IMG/VR virus record: IMGVR_UViG_3300048576_000444
Coordinates: 1-42,228 of that record
DNA: 42,228 bases
Reading direction: 5' to 3' (one strand)
Source of the DNA: a virus
Lineage: Duplodnaviria; Caudoviricetes
Made by a program: the position numbers and the translations under genes
Part shown: positions 1-9,923 of the stretch, piece after piece
How positions within the stretch are numbered: position 1 is the stretch's first letter
Layout: every line of letters begins with the position of its first letter
The notes under the pieces: model-generated
The model's input: the letters and a program-made list of their open reading frames with translations, nothing else
Told to the model about the DNA's origin: nothing
The model's database searches: none

Positions 1-621
1 TTAGGTTAGCTCGCCCGCTTCGCCGATGAAATCGGGAGCTAGGTAATTCTCGGCCCGACATTCACCGTTGTGGTTGAGGCGGGTTTTTCCCCATAAGTGC
101 TGTGCCAGGCTCGGCGTGTGGAAGTAGGCCAACAGCCACTCCTGGGCAATCCAGAGGCCGACCCGCTGGTCGGCATGGTTCCAGACGCCAAGCTGGCCGA
201 TCTCCACCGCCGAAGCGAGGATCCGCAGGGCGATGGCTCGGGGAACGATCCAGGCGTTGCCCGAGCCGAGGCCATCGAAACAACTGATGGGATTCCACCC
301 GAATTTTCCAGCCGGATAGATTCCCGGCCGAAATGGCGAACAAATCCCGGCATGGGAAGGAAATGACCGCTCCTCTAAATACTCACGGAGTCCCCGCCAA
401 AAGATCATATCGTCTTCGACCAAGAAAAAGGCGTCGGCATTGGGCGAATCGGAAACGAGTGCTTTTAGGAGCTCGATCCAGCTTTGGTACTGACCCGTGA
501 ATAGAACATCGTTATAGATCCGCGTGACGGGGAATCCTGCCCCGTGGAGCGATTCGCTCGTTTGCTGGAGCGTGCTCGCTCCCGGCCGCGTGGCCGTCAA
601 GATGCCGGTGGCAATGTTCAT
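1..621 (-). CDS. GT-A fold glycosyltransferase (GT2/GT25-like)
   Basis: FFLVEDDMIF acidic motif, D-x-x-(V)G segment and PSLAQH motif; ATG at 621 overlaps the upstream stop (ATGA coupling). Confidence 0.7.
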   Translation of the reverse strand: MNIATGILTATRPGASTLQQTSESLHGAGFPVTRIYNDVLFTGQYQSWIELLKALVSDSPNADAFFLVEDDMIFWRGLREYLEERSFPSHAGICSPFRPGIYPAGKFGWNPISCFDGLGSGNAWIVPRAIALRILASAVEIGQLGVWNHADQRVGLWIAQEWLLAYFHTPSLAQHLWGKTRLNHNGECRAENYLAPDFIGEAGELT

Positions 622-3191
622 GCGTCGGATCGAGCGTGGGCAATCATATAGCCAAGTGCGGTTCCATCGCACAGCCGAAACTCATGGGTGTCCTGCAAAG
701 CGGCCCGAATTCGCGGCCAATCCTCTTTGCCGTGCCATTCGCCGCGGATCCAGTGGACTTTGGGCATCCAGCCAGATTCTTTGAGCGAAAGTAAAACGGC
801 CCCCTCCACGCCCTCGGCGTCGATCTTGAGGATGTCGATGCTCTGGAATCCGTACTGCTCCAAGAGTTTTGGAAGCGTGGTCGCCGGCACCGGGATCTCT
901 TTGTCCTCCGGTCGGACCACTTCCTCTCGCTGCTGCTCCCAATCTCCCACCCGCACATAACTGCCGCCGCGATTAGCGGCCACGCGGACGTAAGGGACCA
1001 GCTCTCTTTCGTCGCCGATGCAAGCGGCTTCGACATAGTGGATTTTCGCCCGACACTCCCGCGTGTTGTAGCGGATGTCCTCCATCAGTTCCGGATCCGG
1101 CTCGATGCAGATGATCTCCGATTCGGGATAGCAGAGCGAAGCCATGAAGGTGAACGCGCCGGCGTTTCCGCCCACGTCCACGATGTACTTTACCCGTCCG
1201 CTGCCGATCATCGGGCGGATTTCGTAAGAGTCGTTTTGGATGATATTCGCGGCCTCGACCGCTCCCGTCGTATCTCGAACTCGCATATTGATCTCCATTT
1301 TCGGCATTTCGAACGCCACGTTTGAGTTTTGCAGTTCCAAAAAAATCTTGCCGGCCGTCGCCAGGTGCGGATAATCGACGACGTCGATCGCGGCGCGTTG
1401 GTTCGGACGCCACTTGCCGGCCGTGAGGTGAATGAACAGCCGTCGGCCGTCGAGATCGTGCTGGACCAGGTTCCGCTGCGAGCAGCGTCGCACGACGTGC
1501 GGATTGACGATGCAGTTCACCCCGCCTTGCCTCGCGCCGATCAAAAAGGTGTCCTTGTCGCCGAAAAGGTGCTTGTAGGATTCGCGGCTGTTGCGGTTGA
1601 TTTCGCGGGTTTTCAGCAAGCCCGGCATGCAGGCCGATTTGCGGAAAAGCATCTGGCCCGATTCGATCTGTCGCCCCTTGACGGTGACGCCGTATTTTTC
1701 CTTGATCAACGCCTGGAAATTCTCGTCGTAAACGTGGATATCCGGCCAGAGGATGCAATCGTGCTTCTGGAAGAGGCGATGTGCGAATAAGTCGCTCGGA
1801 TCGCGGAGCGGGAAAGAGTCGGCGTCGAGGAACAAGAGCTCGTCGAATTCGCTCTGCAACACGGCATCGACTTTCGCTTGCCAGCCTCCCTTTCCCTTGG
1901 AGTTGTCTTTTCGCTTTCCTCCCAGATCAACGAGCCGGACATTGGGAATCGTCCGCTGGATCAACTCCAGCCAGGTGGGCGACATCTCCGCGCCCAAATA
2001 ACACCACTCGATCGGGAGCTGGCACCCGAGATGACGGAGCATGCGGCAATTGATGTAGGCGTTGGTGAAATAGACCGGCCCGCCGGCGAGCGTCACGATA
2101 CCGCGTTTCGTGGTCACTTCCGCCTCGAATGGACTGGGATCGGGATAGAGTTCCTGAATCACTTTTTTCATGGCATCCGTTAGACCCTTGTCGTTGACAT
2201 TGAAATATCTTTTTCCTTTGATCTTTTCTTGTATTGCCTTTATGTCGTGGATGGCACTTTCGCAAGTCACCTTCTCGCTGCGGGCCTTTCTGCCTGGGGC
2301 GTCGCTGCCGTTGTAATAAAGCGTATTGATCGTCATCGGCAAGGTTGCCCACGGATGCTCTGCCATGACTTTTTTAAAGGTTTCTCGGTCGTAGGCGTTG
2401 GGCGAATGAATGTCATAATGTAGCGTCGAGTGGCCGGTTTCCGCCATTCGATCGCGGGTGTTTTTCAGGTGCCCTTTCCACTTTCCCGAGAAATAGGAAT
2501 TGGGCTTGTCCTTCAACTCTCCGTAATGGATCGGCGTCATTTTGGCAAATTGGACCGGCTGCAAAAACATTTCATCATCGGAGATCCGCAAGAACCGCTT
2601 GGAAATCCCGGCGTCGCAAGCGGCCAGCACTTTGGCGATCAGGTTGGCATCCTTGTTGTTTTTGTAGGTGTCGGGGAAAGGGATATGGATTACGTTTTGC
2701 AGCCACGCCGGTTTCTGGCCGACGACGAAAACCCGGCCGAGTTGAGGAAAATATTTTACCAGGCTTCGAAGGGAATAGCGAAGTTCGTTATCTCCCCATC
2801 GGCTTCCGTTCCCCAAAGGATAGACCACGTCCACCGGCTCCTCGGGGGCGATTGCAAAAAGGGTGTTTTTCTCGATCGCCGGCGTGTCGATCGTGAGAAA
2901 TCCACGAGCCACCATGCCTTGCAACACTCCGGGGACGCGGTTGCAACCGATGTCGTTTTGCAGTTCGGCGGCGTCGGCGGAGTTGAACTTTTGGAGGTAA
3001 TTTAAGATTCGCTCGTGGAGATCTGCATAGGTCAGTTCGGAAACTGGCTTTGATAATTTCGCGGTTCCGCAAACCACCAAAAAATTCTTTGGCTCTTGTT
3101 CTTTCGCAAATTCATACGATTCTCCGCAGTGCCGACACGTTAGCACCACAAATCCATCCTTACCATCGTATTTTTCACATTCACAGTTCAT
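618..3191 (-). CDS. Multidomain glycan enzyme: Cys-rich N-terminus + Stealth-family phosphosugar transferase + GT71 (Mnn2-like) mannosyltransferase-like + FkbM methyltransferase
   Basis: Stealth-like PVDVVY...DNELRYSLRSL...RVFVV...PAWL; GT71-like RGIVTLAGG...LRHLGCQLPIE...LFLDADSFPLRDP...WPD...ESGQML...GDKDTF; FkbM-like IVDVGGNAG...EPDP...LKIDAEGVE. Confidence 0.85.
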   Translation of the reverse strand: MNCECEKYDGKDGFVVLTCRHCGESYEFAKEQEPKNFLVVCGTAKLSKPVSELTYADLHERILNYLQKFNSADAAELQNDIGCNRVPGVLQGMVARGFLTIDTPAIEKNTLFAIAPEEPVDVVYPLGNGSRWGDNELRYSLRSLVKYFPQLGRVFVVGQKPAWLQNVIHIPFPDTYKNNKDANLIAKVLAACDAGISKRFLRISDDEMFLQPVQFAKMTPIHYGELKDKPNSYFSGKWKGHLKNTRDRMAETGHSTLHYDIHSPNAYDRETFKKVMAEHPWATLPMTINTLYYNGSDAPGRKARSEKVTCESAIHDIKAIQEKIKGKRYFNVNDKGLTDAMKKVIQELYPDPSPFEAEVTTKRGIVTLAGGPVYFTNAYINCRMLRHLGCQLPIEWCYLGAEMSPTWLELIQRTIPNVRLVDLGGKRKDNSKGKGGWQAKVDAVLQSEFDELLFLDADSFPLRDPSDLFAHRLFQKHDCILWPDIHVYDENFQALIKEKYGVTVKGRQIESGQMLFRKSACMPGLLKTREINRNSRESYKHLFGDKDTFLIGARQGGVNCIVNPHVVRRCSQRNLVQHDLDGRRLFIHLTAGKWRPNQRAAIDVVDYPHLATAGKIFLELQNSNVAFEMPKMEINMRVRDTTGAVEAANIIQNDSYEIRPMIGSGRVKYIVDVGGNAGAFTFMASLCYPESEIICIEPDPELMEDIRYNTRECRAKIHYVEAACIGDERELVPYVRVAANRGGSYVRVGDWEQQREEVVRPEDKEIPVPATTLPKLLEQYGFQSIDILKIDAEGVEGAVLLSLKESGWMPKVHWIRGEWHGKEDWPRIRAALQDTHEFRLCDGTALGYMIAHARSDA

Positions 3192-3856
3192 CGCGTCTTA
3201 GGCCACGAGTTGGCAGTTGTTCCAGGAGCATTGTTTTGATTGAAATAGCTGTCTGCTGAATTACACGTGGTGAACTTTCGCGGATTTTCGGATAGCTGAG
3301 GAGCGGTGCTTCCCCAAGAAAATTCGTACTCATCACGCCGCGGGAAATCGGGGTACGTCATACGTGTCCATTCGCCGATCACAACCACTCTGGCGTCTTT
3401 GCTAATCTCAGTGCCATCGGACTTGCCCCAAATGTTTATACCGGCCCGCAATATCGTACCTACGGGATAACCACTGCTGTCATTACCGGCGGAACACAAA
3501 CAATAAGCCCAACCGCACAAAATTGCATACGGATTAGTAGATCGAAAGAAGCATTGATTCAACGGACCAGCACAGAGAAACGTGGTTTCGGGAATGTATA
3601 GCCGTCTGGTGTAATAGTCCCAATTGGCCCCGTCAAGGCGAGCCCAAGTCGGTTCGAGAATGTTTAGATCAACTTCGGGAACGTGGAGGTAGTGATAGCA
3701 ATATAATTTCGTTTCTGTACAGCCTAGACAGTCAGGACAATCGGGGGGCAGTGTCAACGTCGAAGATGATGAAGAAGAACCCGAGCCACCAAAAGACGAG
3801 CTTTCGCTGACCGAGGAAGTGATCTTCGGCGTGCCGAACAAACTGGAACTATCCAT
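3188..3856 (-). CDS. Hypothetical tail-distal protein, Ser-rich N-terminus then Cys-rich domain
   Basis: 222 aa, coupled to both neighbours; SSSVSESSSFGGSGSSSSSS then CPDCLGC; visibly lower GC than flanks. Confidence 0.6.
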   Translation of the reverse strand: MDSSSLFGTPKITSSVSESSSFGGSGSSSSSSTLTLPPDCPDCLGCTETKLYCYHYLHVPEVDLNILEPTWARLDGANWDYYTRRLYIPETTFLCAGPLNQCFFRSTNPYAILCGWAYCLCSAGNDSSGYPVGTILRAGINIWGKSDGTEISKDARVVVIGEWTRMTYPDFPRRDEYEFSWGSTAPQLSENPRKFTTCNSADSYFNQNNAPGTTANSWPKTR

Positions 3857-4847
3857 TTTTCGGCAACCTCATCTTCAAGAACTTCTCGTTGGCTTCGTAC
3901 TCGGCCCGCGTCACGTCGCGGAAATGCAGGTTGCCCATGCCGCGGCGAATGCCGAGAAGCATCACGGTGACTTTGACGGTCAGCGTTTTATCCGATGTCT
4001 TGATGCAAAGCCTTTCATTTTTCACGGTCGCCGAGACCGCTACAGGATCATCGGCGGCATTTGCCCCCAGAGCCTTGAAAGTTCCCCTATTGCAGATCGC
4101 AAGATGCCTCGGGTCAATGGGGACGATCGCAATTCCGTTTCTGACGGAAACTTCGACGACGTGCCCAAAATAGACCCGATCCATTTCGAAGGTGTACATC
4201 TCCGTGTAGCCGCCTTCGGTCCACGGTGCAGGCACAATCGCGGGATTCTTTTCGCTGCCCGAATCGCCGTCCGAATCAACTCTTGACTCGCCGCTGGAGA
4301 TTTCTGAACCTTGCGAATCTCTCGACCCGCCGGAACTTTCCCCGCTTTGAGAATGGTCATTGCTGTCGGAATCCCCACCTGATCCACCGGAGCCATGCGA
4401 ATCACCCGATCCGCCGGAACTTTCCTCTGCGGAATTGGATTCGTTCGAACTGCTCGATTCGAAGGAACTGCTCGATTCGTCGGAACTGGAAAGAGTCTCT
4501 CCCAGCCCGATAATCCACCACCGTTTTCGCAGGTAGAAAACGACGATCGTGACGTTTTCCTCAAGATATCCCAAAAAGCTGTAGGCCACTTTTTTGGCGT
4601 CTGCCGTTCGCTCGTGCGCGGTCAGCGGCTGGTGGCCGGCGATCTCGTCGAATTCGGCGTCCAGGAAGACGAACGGCAGCACGTTGCCCGAGGAAGGATA
4701 GGTCTCCTCGTTCTTTTTCTGCGTCTTGCCGATGCGGACTTGCCACGACTTGCCGACCTGGCCCGCGGTGCCATGCGAAGAATCGCCCAAAAAGGAGAGC
4801 ATCCGTTCCAGGTCGGCCACGCGGTCTTTGAGCGGTTTGTCCAGCAT
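3849..4847 (-). CDS. Putative tail tip/fibre-associated protein with long Ser/Gly/acidic linker
   Basis: 332 aa, follows the large tail-tip gene; ~80 aa S/G/E/D low-complexity tract. Confidence 0.6.
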   Translation of the reverse strand: MLDKPLKDRVADLERMLSFLGDSSHGTAGQVGKSWQVRIGKTQKKNEETYPSSGNVLPFVFLDAEFDEIAGHQPLTAHERTADAKKVAYSFLGYLEENVTIVVFYLRKRWWIIGLGETLSSSDESSSSFESSSSNESNSAEESSGGSGDSHGSGGSGGDSDSNDHSQSGESSGGSRDSQGSEISSGESRVDSDGDSGSEKNPAIVPAPWTEGGYTEMYTFEMDRVYFGHVVEVSVRNGIAIVPIDPRHLAICNRGTFKALGANAADDPVAVSATVKNERLCIKTSDKTLTVKVTVMLLGIRRGMGNLHFRDVTRAEYEANEKFLKMRLPKNG

Positions 4848-4870
4848 CTTTTTCTATCCTGTTTTTCCTA

Positions 4871-4900
4871 TCCACTCTCCACACTCCACTCTCCACACTC
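4871..4900. repeat. Heptamer tandem repeat (TCCACWC)x4
   Basis: tccactc tccacac tccactc tccacac tc, intergenic. Confidence 0.85.
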
Positions 4901-4911
4901 TAAAAAGATTC

Positions 4912-7167
4912 CTACATCGCCTTCAGGTCGAGCTCGTCAAAATGGGTTTGGACGGTGGTGGTTTGGCCGTCGAGATCGTAGCGCACGCGAGTAACGACGG
5001 TTTGCACGTTCTCGACCGTCTCGCCTTGCGTGATCGACGTGATCAGATGCCCCACCTCGGTCAGCTTGCGGATCCGCTTGTATTGCAGGTTGACCGTCTT
5101 TCGCGGCCGGCAGTACCAGAGGAAGGCCAGCGAGGCGATCGCCGAGAGCCGCCCGACGTCGCTTCGCAGGACGGCGTTGTCTTCGCAGATTTGCGGGACG
5201 CCGTCGCGGAGTCCGACGATCGTCCCCTTGACGATGTAATCGAGCCGCGCATGCGGCACGGAAATATACAGCCGGCGAACCCGCTTGCCGTCGAAGGCCG
5301 GATCGGCCTCGATCGAGGTGTCGAACGGGATCCGGACTTCGGCGCTCTGATCGGTGAGCATGTACATCGTCGCCAGCATTTCATCTTTCCAGTCCAGATC
5401 GGTGGGGATGTCGTCGGTATCGTCGGCGGGCGTAAAATCGTTTTTGGCGATTTTGTGCTGCGCGGCGGTCCCCGAGACGCGGAGCACCATGCCGGCGACG
5501 TCGTCGCGAACATGATGGCTGCAAGAGTAGCCGCGGCCCCCTTCATCCGCCGACTCGATCACGTCGTATCCGGAGAGCTTATCGGCGTACTGGTGATAGG
5601 TTTTCCCGTCTTCCGTGATCTTAAAGATCACCAGCGGCTTCATCAGCTCCGACTTGGCGCCATTCTCGGAGATCAACTGCATGCGGGCGCGTAGTCCCGA
5701 ATAGTCTTCGTGTTCGTAGAGCGGAAGTTGCTTTTCGAATTTCAGACCCGTTCGCCAAAATTTCGCGCCGAGCCCCCACTCGATCTGCGTATTGAGTCCG
5801 AAAAACATCGAATGATGCTGTTTCAGGATAGCGTTGATTTTTTCGCCGCCTGGATCGGTGGGATTGATCGTCCCATCCCAATCATCGGGGATTTTGAAAT
5901 AGGAATAGACCCGCTGCAACTGCTCGCCCAACTTTCCATACGACTGCATCCGAAAGTTATCGTTGCGAAGCTGCTTTTGCGAGCGATCGAGGGCGGCGTA
6001 GCCGGGCTCGTTCTTCGCCGCGTTCTGGTAAGTTGCTTTGTCGCCATCGGTCCAGTCGGCGACGATTCCCCCACGCGCCGAACTGAGCGTGAAGACGGCG
6101 CCGATCGGCTGACCGCGAACCACGACCTGGTCGAAGCGGGTGACCTCCGACTGGCGAACGGTAAGCTTCTGCGGCCACAGCGAAGCATCGACATCGAGCG
6201 ATTCGGGATGCTTATTACCCTTGATTTGCTCGCCGGTTTCCAGGGAAATATCCTTTTCTACCTGGGTAAATGCCTGAATCAGGCAGTCATCGGGGGCGTC
6301 GATGTCAACCCATTCATAGACGTCCGACCGCCAGAGAACGCCGCGGCGGCGGTCGATTAGGTTGTCGATCACCTTTTTCAGCGTCAATCCCTCGACGTGC
6401 AGCTTTGGCGTGTAGCTCTTCAAAAACTGGGATTCGAAGTCGGGATCGACGAACCACCGCTGGAGGACGTTGCCCTTGCCGTCGCGCGGGCCAAAATAGC
6501 GGCAGAGATACTCGAGGATGTCGAATGCCGTCCAGGCGGCGGCGTCGGAAAGATCGCTGGTAAAGAGATAAACGCCGTCCCTGCCGATGTCTTTGGATCG
6601 GTTTCCCACCACCTGGCCCGAAGTGCAGGCCTCGCCATAATCGCGCTGCCGTCCGGCGCCGCAGTTGAAAGCGATCGCCCGGCCGATCTCGGCGATGCCC
6701 GACGTCGTTTTGACGATCGATCGATCGAGCACGATGGATTCGAGATCGGATTCCATGCCCCAACAAACGAACGTCTGGCGCCCTTTCGTCGCCACCACCG
6801 AATTTCGCCTCACCGTGCCGGCACGACCATCGACGACGTCCACGACGCGGCCGTACCAGGGCCGAATGTCGTTGGTGTCGCAATCGCTTTCCTGGTCGGG
6901 ATCGATGACGATTTTCACGTAGTAATCGATGATCGAAAGCGGCGCGTAAAATTCCTTGCTCGGCTGGCCGGCCTGGCGGATATAGCCATAATCCCATTCT
7001 AAAATCGCCTCGGGCATCGACGGGCTGGCCGCGAATTCCAGCGACTTGCACCACAGATAGGGAATCTCCGTCCACGGCTCGTCCCACTTCACGCGCGCAT
7101 ATATTTTCACGCGTGGCGATCGAGACCGCGTCTTCGTGCCGAGATTGATGGCGGTGGGAGTGGTCAT
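4912..7167 (-). CDS. Putative tail tip/hub protein
   Basis: 751 aa downstream of the tape measure; beta-rich C-terminus (VVTRVRYDLDGQTTTVQT); positional call. Confidence 0.6.
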   Translation of the reverse strand: MTTPTAINLGTKTRSRSPRVKIYARVKWDEPWTEIPYLWCKSLEFAASPSMPEAILEWDYGYIRQAGQPSKEFYAPLSIIDYYVKIVIDPDQESDCDTNDIRPWYGRVVDVVDGRAGTVRRNSVVATKGRQTFVCWGMESDLESIVLDRSIVKTTSGIAEIGRAIAFNCGAGRQRDYGEACTSGQVVGNRSKDIGRDGVYLFTSDLSDAAAWTAFDILEYLCRYFGPRDGKGNVLQRWFVDPDFESQFLKSYTPKLHVEGLTLKKVIDNLIDRRRGVLWRSDVYEWVDIDAPDDCLIQAFTQVEKDISLETGEQIKGNKHPESLDVDASLWPQKLTVRQSEVTRFDQVVVRGQPIGAVFTLSSARGGIVADWTDGDKATYQNAAKNEPGYAALDRSQKQLRNDNFRMQSYGKLGEQLQRVYSYFKIPDDWDGTINPTDPGGEKINAILKQHHSMFFGLNTQIEWGLGAKFWRTGLKFEKQLPLYEHEDYSGLRARMQLISENGAKSELMKPLVIFKITEDGKTYHQYADKLSGYDVIESADEGGRGYSCSHHVRDDVAGMVLRVSGTAAQHKIAKNDFTPADDTDDIPTDLDWKDEMLATMYMLTDQSAEVRIPFDTSIEADPAFDGKRVRRLYISVPHARLDYIVKGTIVGLRDGVPQICEDNAVLRSDVGRLSAIASLAFLWYCRPRKTVNLQYKRIRKLTEVGHLITSITQGETVENVQTVVTRVRYDLDGQTTTVQTHFDELDLKAM

Positions 7168-7388
7168 TCAACGGGCGTGGGTTGCGGATCCACCGGATCG
7201 TTTCGGAGCTTTTTGTACTCCACGGCGGAAAGCGAAAATCGGAATGCATCGCCATTTTCGAAGGTCAAGACGATGTACACCATGCCATCTTTTTCCAGCG
7301 GGGTCTCGCGGACGGTGCAAGGCCGATAGTCTTCTGGTTTCAGCGAGTACTTGGGGTCGGTAGAGGGTAGGGAGTCTTTGGGTTCCAT
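7164..7388 (-). CDS. Hypothetical protein
   Basis: 74 aa, stop overlaps the next start. Confidence 0.5.
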   Translation of the reverse strand: MEPKDSLPSTDPKYSLKPEDYRPCTVRETPLEKDGMVYIVLTFENGDAFRFSLSAVEYKKLRNDPVDPQPTPVE

Positions 7389-7426
7389 GATTCGGTAGTG
7401 GTGAAAGGTTAGTGGTCAGGAAGAAA

Positions 7427-7933
7427 TCAGCCTAAAACGATCTCAAAATTGCACGATTCGGTGCCTCCGGCGCCGCCGTCGGCCAGTCCGATGTTCTTGT
7501 GCGTGGCGTCGATGTCGGGGACCGCCGCCTTGTCCTTGCCGATCCAGAGGAATTCTTCGCCCGGGTTGAGCTGGAGTTTCCAGGACGCGCCAAAAAGGTT
7601 GTAGCCGCTCGAGCCGCCGGCTTGCAGAACGACGGGATTCACGTTGGTGGAGGGAACTTGGATCCGCAGTGCTTGGACTTTTAGTCCGGTGCCATCGACG
7701 GCGGATCCGTTGGTACCCGTCAAGGCCGTCAGGTCGATCGTCCCCGCGCCGGCGACGAGGGCTTTGGAGAATCCTGCGAATTTCGAAACGGGGGGCGTGG
7801 ACGAGGAAATGAGCGAACCGCTGACGTTGAACACGTCGTGGGTTACCGTCGGCCGCGAGGAGGACGGGACGCTGGCGAGCGTCTCGGTAACCGTCAGCGC
7901 CATCCCATATTCAACTGATATCGCGTAAGACAT
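7427..7933 (-). CDS. Putative minor tail/virion protein
   Basis: AAGGAG RBS before ATG 7933; G/S/T-rich beta composition; in tail module. Confidence 0.6.
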   Translation of the reverse strand: MSYAISVEYGMALTVTETLASVPSSSRPTVTHDVFNVSGSLISSSTPPVSKFAGFSKALVAGAGTIDLTALTGTNGSAVDGTGLKVQALRIQVPSTNVNPVVLQAGGSSGYNLFGASWKLQLNPGEEFLWIGKDKAAVPDIDATHKNIGLADGGAGGTESCNFEIVLG

Positions 7934-7955
7934 AAAAAGACTCCTTGAAAAAATG

Positions 7956-8360
7956 TTAGGCGAGGGGCACGCATTTGAGCGTCCAGTCGGCCTCGCAAAG
8001 CCCCTGGCTGGGAGGATGCAGGCCACCGATGCCGCCGGCCATTTGGCAAACGGTCACGGCGCGAACGTCGAGGACTTGAAATTTCACGTTGAACCGCAAA
8101 AGGCTCTGGCCCATGTAAAAGACATTCAGCGGATCGCCGCCGACCAGGGTGCAGTAGTCGGCGAAGCATTCGACCGCCGCGGGATAATCGATGCAATCGA
8201 CTTTCGTGCGGACGTTGAATTCCCTGCCGCGATAGCCGTAATCCAAAAACGCCGCGCCGTCGATCCCCGGCCGTTCGATCACCTCCAGCGCAAGCTTGAC
8301 GAAATCCGGCATGCCGGACATGTCCAAAAATCGCGCGTCGCCGATGGAGTACTGGAGCAT
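7956..8360 (-). CDS. Putative distal tail (Dit-like) protein
   Basis: 134 aa directly after the tape measure gene; positional call. Confidence 0.5.
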   Translation of the reverse strand: MLQYSIGDARFLDMSGMPDFVKLALEVIERPGIDGAAFLDYGYRGREFNVRTKVDCIDYPAAVECFADYCTLVGGDPLNVFYMGQSLLRFNVKFQVLDVRAVTVCQMAGGIGGLHPPSQGLCEADWTLKCVPLA

Positions 8361-8365
8361 GTTTT

Positions 8366-9889
8366 CTACTCTCGATGCTGCCGGGCATTATGGGCGGCGT
8401 TGGTGGCCTGGTTGGTGAGGATATCGGTGTGAATACTTTTGAGGACGGAATGATCCTCGGATTTGTTTTCCGCCGCCGGCGTCGTTTCTTTCGACGACTC
8501 CATCGCCGGCAGCCGGGAATTGAATTCCTGGATTTCCGGTTCGGAAAATTCTTTGCTTTGCCGCAAAATCTCCTGGGGAGTATATTCATATTTTTCGCCA
8601 AACAACCACGATCCGAAGCGATTGTTGGTGAGCGTCTTGTTGATCGACGCTTCAAATTTCGCCAAACTGATATTCTTTTCCGCAATCTCCCGCTCGACAG
8701 GATCCATATCCCGTTCGGCGAATTTCTCCGCGGCGAATTTCTCCATTTCGTCAAACTGCTTCGCCTGAAGGTCTTTTTTTAGGCGGATTTTTTCGGCTTG
8801 GACCTCGTGTCCGCGTGCGCGAAGGGTTTCCCGGCCGGCTTCGAAATCACTGAGCCCCGCGACTTGCTCGGAGGTCATATCGACTTTTCCCGCAGCCTCA
8901 AGGGTTTTTGTTTCCTCCTGGATATCGGACATGCGGATTCGCGCCGCACGGCCCTGCAAACGCGACCCCATGATCGCCTCTTGCATCTCCGGATTTTCGA
9001 GCAGCATTTGCAACCGCTCTTTTTTCCCCGCGTCGTGGAATTTGACCTTCGCCTCTTCCGCCGCCGTCCGGTGACCGCGTTTCGCGGTCGGCTCGGGAGC
9101 GGCAATCACCTTGCTGGCGATCTGCTCCAGAAATTGCGGCGAAAGCTCGCTCTTGAGCGCGATCTCGCCCAGCGCCAAAGCTTCCTCCGGAGTGGCGGCG
9201 CCGGATTCGACCAATCCGCGAGCGCCGGAAACGAACTGCCGGCTGGTGAGCTCATCGGCCTTCGTCGCTCCCAACCGAGTCCGCAACTTCATCACGATGT
9301 TCTTGACTTCATCCGACTTCTTGTCCGGCATGAAGACTTGCATGCGGCCCACGGTTTCCGAGAACTTTTGCAATTCCTCGGGGGGCATCAGCGGCGCGGC
9401 CTGCACCGTTTGATCGGCGATCGCCATCTGTTTTTCGAATCCCAGGCCCGGAGCGCCGGCCGCCGCTCCAAACAACGCCGCCTGCGATTCGGGCCGGGTG
9501 AAACCCTTGGCGATATTCTTCTCTTCCCAGTGCTCGACTTCCTTCCCGCGGGCCATGATGCCGGCCTTAGCCAGGCTGCGAACGAGGGATTCCTCGACCT
9601 TGTCGTTGGCCTCGGCGATCTTCTTCAGCCGCTCTTCCCAATGTTCGTACGCGCCGACGACTGCTTCGATGGCCACGCCCACGCTGGCGTACTTCGTCAC
9701 CATGCCGATCAGCTCGTTGCCCTGCTCCTGGAGGCCGTGCAAAATCTGGCTGTGCCCCTCTTTCGATTCCTCCTTGATTTTTTTTATGGTTTCGACAAGG
9801 CGCATTTGCACACGCTCGGCCTGGGCCATCTTGTTTTCCAGGTCGGTGATGTTCGCGGTGAACGTCTGATTGACGATGCCGTCGCCCAT
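8366..9889 (-). CDS. Tail tape measure protein (short, 507 aa)
   Basis: Helical A/E/K-rich; N-terminal FTANITDLE motif; follows the chaperone gene. Confidence 0.7.
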   Translation of the reverse strand: MGDGIVNQTFTANITDLENKMAQAERVQMRLVETIKKIKEESKEGHSQILHGLQEQGNELIGMVTKYASVGVAIEAVVGAYEHWEERLKKIAEANDKVEESLVRSLAKAGIMARGKEVEHWEEKNIAKGFTRPESQAALFGAAAGAPGLGFEKQMAIADQTVQAAPLMPPEELQKFSETVGRMQVFMPDKKSDEVKNIVMKLRTRLGATKADELTSRQFVSGARGLVESGAATPEEALALGEIALKSELSPQFLEQIASKVIAAPEPTAKRGHRTAAEEAKVKFHDAGKKERLQMLLENPEMQEAIMGSRLQGRAARIRMSDIQEETKTLEAAGKVDMTSEQVAGLSDFEAGRETLRARGHEVQAEKIRLKKDLQAKQFDEMEKFAAEKFAERDMDPVEREIAEKNISLAKFEASINKTLTNNRFGSWLFGEKYEYTPQEILRQSKEFSEPEIQEFNSRLPAMESSKETTPAAENKSEDHSVLKSIHTDILTNQATNAAHNARQHRE

Positions 9890-9923
9890 GCCTTTGTTCT
9901 TTCTTAGGAGCTAAAGCGAATGG

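Noticed and set aside
3188-4847. Diversity-generating retroelement target in tail-distal genes
   Set aside because: No reverse transcriptase and no TR/VR repeat pair seen in the window
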